A DNA stretch of 30,346 bases. Source: Gammaproteobacteria bacterium (GTDB taxonomy: Bacteria > Pseudomonadota > Gammaproteobacteria > Arenicellales > JAOTWM01). Below are positions 24,859 to 30,346 of the stretch, one piece after another. Position 1 is the stretch's first letter. The number at the start of each line of letters is the position of its first letter. The stretch covers positions 1-30,346 of the forward strand of contig JAOTWM010000012.1 of assembly GCA_029862885.1 (NCBI GenBank). Reading direction: 5' to 3'. A program made the position numbers and the translations under genes. The notes under the pieces were generated by a model, which was not told the origin of the DNA, did no database searches, and worked only from the letters and a program-made list of their open reading frames with translations.

Positions 24859-25515
24859 TTAAAGTTGCCGGCCGAGCCACCCGTCGCGCTGTTTAGTGGA
24901 TTTGCGATACAGCGCGGTAAATTCGGAGTCTATGGCCTGCTTGACTGCACCTAACCGCAACACGGCACTACTCCATGCGTCCAATTTCGGGTGGTCGCCA
25001 GGGTCTAAGAGCTGTCGTGCGGGTTTGAGAATGTCGAGCCGCGCAAATAAAGGTGCGAAGCACGCATCGACGAGGCCGGGTTCGGGTCCGTCGAAAAACA
25101 CGGCATCCGATTTTTTGTCCTCGAGGTAGTCAAACTTCTCGTCGAGATCGTACGCGGCGTCGTCGAACTCGGATTCGTCCGTTGCTGTAACGGCCCCAGA
25201 CAGATCCGCCAATACCGCCGCGCCGTACGCAATCATTGCTCGATGTCTGGCTCGTTGTAGCGGCTCCTCGGGCAATAGCGAATCCGACGCGATGTCGTTC
25301 AGGTACTCGTTGATGACTGCAGATTCAAAAACAATATGCTGGTCATCTATGCGCAGGATCGGGACCCGACCAAGCGGCGACACGTCCTCGAACCAGGGCG
25401 GTGGGTTAGTGATATCGATTATGGTTAGGCGATACGCAATGTCCTTAAGTCGCAACACGACTTCCGATGACTGCACGAACGGACAGAGCGCGATGCTGAT
25501 TAATTCCAAGTCCAT
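24859..25515 (-). CDS. Glutathione S-transferase (CPF, Grx-like type)
   Basis: N-terminal LCPFVQSSEVVL...GRVPIL...ESAVINEYL GST_N fold. Lies 35 bp downstream of the AAA gene on the same strand. Confidence 0.8.
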   Translation of the reverse strand: MDLELISIALCPFVQSSEVVLRLKDIAYRLTIIDITNPPPWFEDVSPLGRVPILRIDDQHIVFESAVINEYLNDIASDSLLPEEPLQRARHRAMIAYGAAVLADLSGAVTATDESEFDDAAYDLDEKFDYLEDKKSDAVFFDGPEPGLVDACFAPLFARLDILKPARQLLDPGDHPKLDAWSSAVLRLGAVKQAIDSEFTALYRKSTKQRDGWLGRQL

Positions 25516-25550
25516 GCGCTATTAACCCATGGCTACACCGCTTGGCAGCA

Positions 25551-27026
25551 TCAATGTGCCGGCACGGTGCGCCCGGAGGCCCACGATCGCAACGCGTTCA
25601 CCTGCTCTGCCATCACCACCGAAAGCGGTTGTGTGTCTTCGACTTCCTTTAGCACCAGTGCCGTATTCAGTGCCTCGTCCCGGGCGTGGGCGCGATACAG
25701 CGCGGAGACGACCGCTTGCTCCAATTCCGCACCGGAAAATCCATCACTCGCTTTGGCCAGCATGTCGAGATCGAACTTATCGGCATCGAGCGCGCGATTG
25801 CCAAGATGGATCTTCAGAATCAGCGCGCGGGTTTCGCGATCCGGTAAATCCACGAAAAATATTTCATCGAAGCGACCTTTGCGCACCAATTCCGGTGGCA
25901 ACAGCGAAATTTCATTGGCCGTCGCAACAATAAACACCGCGGATTTCTTTTCTGCCATCCAGGTCAACAGCGTTGCCAGGATCCGCCGTGCAGGGCCGTC
26001 GTCTTCTTGTCCCGCGATGCCTTTCTCGATTTCATCGATCCATAATATACACGGCGCCATGGTGTCCGCACTCTTCAGCGCTTCGCGCACATTGCGCTCG
26101 CTCTGGCCGTAGAACTTATTGAATATCGCTCCCATGTCCAAGCGCAACAGCGGTGCTCCGAATGCCCCGGCTACGGCGCGTGCCGCGAGGCTCTTGCCGC
26201 AGCCTTGCACTCCCAATAATAAGATGCCTTTGGGCGTATCCAATTGCGGATTACTGGATTTGCCCATAAATATATCGCGCCGGTTGGTAAGCCATTCCTT
26301 AAGTGCGTTTAAGCCACCGACCTCGGCGAATCGGCTCGTTTCATACTCAAACGTCAGGGTATTGTCACGATCGAGCAGATCGTACTTCGCTTTCATCACC
26401 CCGGGCAGGTCGGTGTGGGAGATCGCGCCGTCGTTAAAGATCGCCTTTCGAACCAGTCGCTGCGCGTCGCCGTGGGTAAGGCCCGAGAGGTTTTTAACCA
26501 ACAGCTTGGTGGCCTGCCGGTCCGCCTTGACACGCTGATTATTCTTCCCGGCGGCCCATTCATTGGCCGTGTCCACCACCATGCTTTTTAGCTCTTCCGG
26601 TGTCGGCAATCCGAGACCGAATTCAGCAGTGTAGTGCCTTAGTTCGCCGGGGATTTCGAGTTCGTGGCTAAGCAACACGATGCAGCGCTCGACGCTGGAA
26701 TGCTTTATAGCGATGTCTTTCAGCAGTCGGGTATGGACGGGCTCAGCAAGGAAATGATGATAATCCAGCAATACATAAATGCCGGGCTGGCTCTCTGCCT
26801 TAATGTGCTCCAATACGTCCTTAGGCTCGGCATGTTGGGCTTCGCCATCTATGTCATAGCGTGCGAAACGTAGACCTTCGGTTACGGACCACTTGAATAA
26901 GGGTTTGCCGAGACTTTCCGCGATTTCAATGAGTAGCGTTAGCACGCGTTGTTCTTCGTGCGATTCCACCACTACGATCGGGATCTTGGATTTGAGAATC
27001 AATGCCAAGTCGTGTCGGTTGTCCAT
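25551..27026 (-). CDS. AAA+ ATPase (classical clade) with an N-terminal domain of roughly 250 aa and unknown function
   Basis: Walker A GVQGCGKS, Walker B ILWIDEIE, sensor-1 and Arg-finger block VATANEISLLPPELVRKGRFDEIFFVDLPD. The start codon is 5 nt after the AceK stop. Confidence 0.85.
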   Translation of the reverse strand: MDNRHDLALILKSKIPIVVVESHEEQRVLTLLIEIAESLGKPLFKWSVTEGLRFARYDIDGEAQHAEPKDVLEHIKAESQPGIYVLLDYHHFLAEPVHTRLLKDIAIKHSSVERCIVLLSHELEIPGELRHYTAEFGLGLPTPEELKSMVVDTANEWAAGKNNQRVKADRQATKLLVKNLSGLTHGDAQRLVRKAIFNDGAISHTDLPGVMKAKYDLLDRDNTLTFEYETSRFAEVGGLNALKEWLTNRRDIFMGKSSNPQLDTPKGILLLGVQGCGKSLAARAVAGAFGAPLLRLDMGAIFNKFYGQSERNVREALKSADTMAPCILWIDEIEKGIAGQEDDGPARRILATLLTWMAEKKSAVFIVATANEISLLPPELVRKGRFDEIFFVDLPDRETRALILKIHLGNRALDADKFDLDMLAKASDGFSGAELEQAVVSALYRAHARDEALNTALVLKEVEDTQPLSVVMAEQVNALRSWASGRTVPAH

Positions 27027-27031
27027 ACTAA

Positions 27032-28834
27032 TTATCTAACCAACTGTTGGCTCTCCGGATAGATGCGCACGCTGGGCACTTTGTTCTGCCGAAGCTCATC
27101 CTGTAACTTTTGCCAATATTGGGTGCCCAACATGTTGCCGTGCGTGTTCCTAAAAACCCCGCGAAGATGTGCGTTTGGAATCCTTAACCCTACGCTGACT
27201 TCCTCGGGCAAAAATACTATGCCGTCGTCAAAGAACCATTCGGGAATTTCTTCGTCGCCGTCGATGCCATCGTTTCGTTCGTAAATCTTGACGTCCACAA
27301 ACGGTTCTAATGCATCGTAGTCAAACAAATATACCTTATGAAATTCACTGACACCGTAATTGCGTGCATCCAGGTCTTTATTGAATATATTCGCGGCCGC
27401 ATTATTCTTGATGCAATAGCCAAGATTTATCATTGCAGTCTCGGCGTCTTCCGGCGACGCGGTTTCCCAAAACACAGGCAAAGGTGTCATCCGGCGCTGA
27501 ACTATCAGATGTTTGAACACGACGCCCTCGTTCTGTAGCGCGACGGTCTCGCCGGCTTCGCGGACAAGCTCGTCCAGCAGTTCCTTGTCGAACCAGTCCT
27601 TGTCGAGTCTGACATCATAATAAATAATATTGTCCAGCATACTGCCGGTGCGGTTAATTTCGTGCACCCGGTTATACTTCTTTAACACCGATTCGATGCC
27701 CTCAAATTCTCCCCACTTGTAGTCTGCGGTGGGCTGGTCGCGGATTATCTTCAAGTTGTAAGCGGAGCACGGTGCGGAGAAGCCGATAGCCACGGTGCCA
27801 CGAAATCCAACTGCGGTTTGCAGCGTTTGATTTTCCCCGATCAATTCCTCCTTGAGTTCGCTCATTACTGCCAGTTTGCCCAGGTGGTTATAACCGATCG
27901 TAGAATAATGCAGACCCAGCGGCCTTTGCGGCATGATGCTGTGAAGAAATTCCGATAGTTCGTGATAATACAGGCTCGTTACATGAAAATTCGCAAGTGT
28001 GGAGCTGAAGATATTGTGGCCATCTGCGATGCGGTGCAGCACCGCATCGACATAAATACCATGATCATCGTTGAGCAGTGCAAGAATCAATGGCATGACA
28101 AACTCGTCCGTAAATATGATTCTGCCGACGATATACGCGCCGCGATTACGATAGAATCCGGCCTCGATCATTTGGATACAGCGAATCGTTCCGACCTGAC
28201 TCGGATTCGTGTTGATTACCTGGTTGATACGTTCGGTGACGAGTGTGGCATCTTCGGAAAGGTTGCGGTAAGGAATCGAAAAATTGGGACACTGTAAAAT
28301 TTCCGCCACTGTCGCGTTTTGTACTGCTTCGCCACCGGGGAATTCGCGGTAGATTTCGCTAACATATTCCCCGCTGGCCTCCACCGCTTGGCGGGACGAG
28401 TACTCAACCGGTCGCCACTCGTCCGGAGAGATCTTTCGGCGGACCGAGTGGTAATAGGCGTGCGCGAGGTCGGCCTCGTAACGCCCGTCGATGAGAATGA
28501 GATAGTGCTGCTCAACCTGGTCCCAGAGTTCTTCGCGTTCCGCAAAGATCGGAAAGTTGTCAATTAGGGTCGCGCTTAGCTGCGCAACGCTCGCGCTATA
28601 TAGTGAAAGACGCTGTTTACTCAGCGCGAGAGAAGTGCGCGGGTCGCGATTTTCGAATGCCTGTTTGGCGAGGTCCGGAATGCCGAGGAATTCCGAGTAA
28701 TATGTGTCGAATTCGTACAAGATCCATTGTGCTGACGACTCGGCCTGCGCCGACTCACCGTGCATCGATTTCAGCTGCTCGGCGTGGTCGACCACGCCGT
28801 CGGCTAGAGGGTTTGCTGGCTCCGGTGTGTGCAC
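27032..28834 (-). CDS. aceK: Isocitrate dehydrogenase kinase/phosphatase (AceK) homolog
   Basis: Collinear similarity to E. coli AceK as recalled from memory, e.g. RRMTPLPVFWE...AAANIFNKDL...NYGVSEFHKVYLFDYD versus RRMVPLNIWLE...AAANIFPGDM...NFGVTRHGRVVFYDYD. GTG start at 28834; alternative ATG at 28765. Confidence 0.85.
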   Translation of the reverse strand: MHTPEPANPLADGVVDHAEQLKSMHGESAQAESSAQWILYEFDTYYSEFLGIPDLAKQAFENRDPRTSLALSKQRLSLYSASVAQLSATLIDNFPIFAEREELWDQVEQHYLILIDGRYEADLAHAYYHSVRRKISPDEWRPVEYSSRQAVEASGEYVSEIYREFPGGEAVQNATVAEILQCPNFSIPYRNLSEDATLVTERINQVINTNPSQVGTIRCIQMIEAGFYRNRGAYIVGRIIFTDEFVMPLILALLNDDHGIYVDAVLHRIADGHNIFSSTLANFHVTSLYYHELSEFLHSIMPQRPLGLHYSTIGYNHLGKLAVMSELKEELIGENQTLQTAVGFRGTVAIGFSAPCSAYNLKIIRDQPTADYKWGEFEGIESVLKKYNRVHEINRTGSMLDNIIYYDVRLDKDWFDKELLDELVREAGETVALQNEGVVFKHLIVQRRMTPLPVFWETASPEDAETAMINLGYCIKNNAAANIFNKDLDARNYGVSEFHKVYLFDYDALEPFVDVKIYERNDGIDGDEEIPEWFFDDGIVFLPEEVSVGLRIPNAHLRGVFRNTHGNMLGTQYWQKLQDELRQNKVPSVRIYPESQQLVR

Positions 28835-28963
28835 GGCCAGCTACAATCGATTGCTATTTGTATTTACGAACATGAGCTCGGCTCGACAATTGATGGATAC
28901 GGTAGAACATAACGTCAGAATAACATCGCCCGGCATCAGTCCCAATAGCCGGGCCGAATTGTT

Positions 28964-30163
28964 GTGGAGCGCCAGGCGTTGAAACGCAACGTTATCTTAC
29001 TGGCGATCTGCCAAGCTCTCATGATGACAGGAAGTTCGCTGTTGGTCGCGAGTATCGCGCTCATTGGCCTCGCCCTCGCGCCACATCCAGGCCTCGCCAC
29101 ATTGCCGTTGGCGTTTCACTTCCTAGCGGTGATGGCCACTACATTTCCAGCGTCTATGGCTATGAAGAAAATTGGCCGCAAGAATGGTTTTATGCTGGGC
29201 TTGATTGCCGCAATCATTGGTGCATCGGTCTGCGCATACTCAATATACATCGGCCACTTCGTCGGTTATTGTATCGGCGTTGTGTCGATGGGGGTGTTTA
29301 ATGCGTTCGGACAATACTACCGGTTCGCGGCGGCCGACGTTGCGACGGTGGATTATCGCAGCCGGGCGATTTCGCTAGTACTAGCAGGCGGTCTTGTCGC
29401 GGCGTTTGCCGGGCCCAACCTCGCCAGCTTCACGCGGGACCTGGTTGCCAATGCCGAGTTTGCCGGTGGCTACGGGAGCCTCGTGTTGATCTATCTGATC
29501 TCGTTGTGGGTGGTGTCGCAATTACGTATTCCCACACCCGGAACGGAAGAACGATCCGAAGGCGGTCGCCCGTTGTTAGCGATCGCCCGCCAACCGGCAT
29601 ATTGGACCGCGGTGTTGTGCGCGATGACGGCCTACGGTTCGATGAATCTGCTGATGGCGGCCACGCCGCTGGCAATGCAACACTACGGACATCCGTTTTC
29701 ATCCGCCGCACTGGTGTTCGAGTGGCATATCGTCGGTATGTATCTCCCGTCCTTTTTTACTGGGCACCTCATTCATCGTGTCGGTGTTGTCAAGGTAATG
29801 ATGTCCGGTGCGGTTATTTTGATTTTGAGTGCACTGGTTAACATTTTTGCCGGCAACAGTGTCAGTGCTTTTTTGATCGCGTTGGCTCTGCTGGGGTTAG
29901 GTTGGAATTTTCTGTTTGTAGGCGGCACGACGCAGTTGACCACAACCTATACGCCCCCGGAAAAAGCCAAGGCCCAAGGCTTGAACGATATGCTGGTATT
30001 TGCGACCGTGGCGTGTACCGCATTGTTTTCCGGTTTGTTGCACTACACGGTAGGGTGGAGCGTACTCAATTACGGCGTGATCCCAGTCGTAGTGCTGGCT
30101 GCGATTGCGGTATTGTACGCGTCGCGTACCCGCTCTGTAGCAATTACGAATCCAGGCACGTAG
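28964..30163 (+). CDS. MFS-family transporter
   Basis: About 12 predicted TM helices and an MFS-like loop motif (GRKNGFMLG). GTG start; alternative ATG at 29021. Confidence 0.75.
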   Translation: MERQALKRNVILLAICQALMMTGSSLLVASIALIGLALAPHPGLATLPLAFHFLAVMATTFPASMAMKKIGRKNGFMLGLIAAIIGASVCAYSIYIGHFVGYCIGVVSMGVFNAFGQYYRFAAADVATVDYRSRAISLVLAGGLVAAFAGPNLASFTRDLVANAEFAGGYGSLVLIYLISLWVVSQLRIPTPGTEERSEGGRPLLAIARQPAYWTAVLCAMTAYGSMNLLMAATPLAMQHYGHPFSSAALVFEWHIVGMYLPSFFTGHLIHRVGVVKVMMSGAVILILSALVNIFAGNSVSAFLIALALLGLGWNFLFVGGTTQLTTTYTPPEKAKAQGLNDMLVFATVACTALFSGLLHYTVGWSVLNYGVIPVVVLAAIAVLYASRTRSVAITNPGT

Positions 30164-30346
30164 ATCGGGCCCACATTTCTGCGGCGCGGCTTTACCACCC
30201 GCCGGTTTTCGGTTTTGCCTCTAACCGTATATGGTCTCCTCCCGTTCGGCAAGTTCACATGTTGGCGATGACAGGGAATCAGGTTGCGTCCGACTATCCG
30301 GCCTGTTGATGAGGCGATGAGTCATGCCTCTGGCCTCGATGAAAGA

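Noticed and set aside
24835-24862. AATTTG-N7-CAAATT hairpin between the convergent unknown-protein and GST genes as a bidirectional terminator
   Set aside because: The stem is short and AT-rich with no flanking T-run. Noted only as weak.
1-30346. CRISPR arrays, rRNA genes, integrase or phage structural genes
   Set aside because: No regularly spaced direct repeats, no rRNA-like conserved stretches and no tyrosine- or serine-recombinase motifs were seen on either strand.

Overview
A 30.3-kb mosaic accessory-type region from a bacterial chromosome, probably proteobacterial. GC is about 57% overall, with several AT-rich islets. The window opens inside a flavin amine-oxidase-like gene that runs into a complete IS21-family insertion sequence (istA/istB, minus strand, about 350-2905) with multiple terminal TGTTCAC-type repeats. 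Next come a frameshifted PhyH-like dioxygenase remnant, an EEP-family hydrolase, and a glutathione-themed stretch (four GST-family genes across the window, a GFA-family gene and an AhpD/CMD-like gene). A signal-peptide Met/His-rich periplasmic metal-binding-like protein sits behind a conserved ~140-nt element (A) that recurs 3.4 kb away (B). A LipJ-type alpha/beta-hydrolase-adenylate-cyclase fusion and a Tat-secreted intradiol-dioxygenase-like protein follow. A minus-strand operon runs from an ECF sigma factor with a CC...CC C-terminal tail (CorE/ECF44-like), through a GST with a Cys-rich tail and an AhpD-like CxxC protein, to a small CPx5C membrane protein. Its promoter region carries one copy of a ~166-bp MITE-like element (second copy at 10.4 kb). 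Further on are a DUF4389-like membrane protein, an HDAC-family enzyme, a 510-bp AT-rich spacer with a small SD-preceded ORF, a divergent FrhB-like / dimethylglycine-dehydrogenase-like pair, and a zinc-ribbon/HExxH membrane protein. A near-consensus promoter plus intrinsic terminator then define a ~235-nt transcription unit. A tRNA-Met(CAT)-like gene has 3'-terminal acceptor nucleotides that do not pair, suggesting an att site or pseudo-tRNA. After it come an SPFH/Band-7 gene coupled to an unknown 325-aa protein, and a minus-strand AceK homolog translationally coupled to an AAA+ ATPase and followed by a fourth GST. The window ends with an MFS transporter. No rRNA or CRISPR array is seen. The most unusual candidates are the CorE-like Cys-tail operon with the MITE in its promoter, the duplicated A/B element ahead of the Met/His-rich gene, and the AceK-AAA pair. 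All family calls are from motif recognition by eye; no database search was possible.
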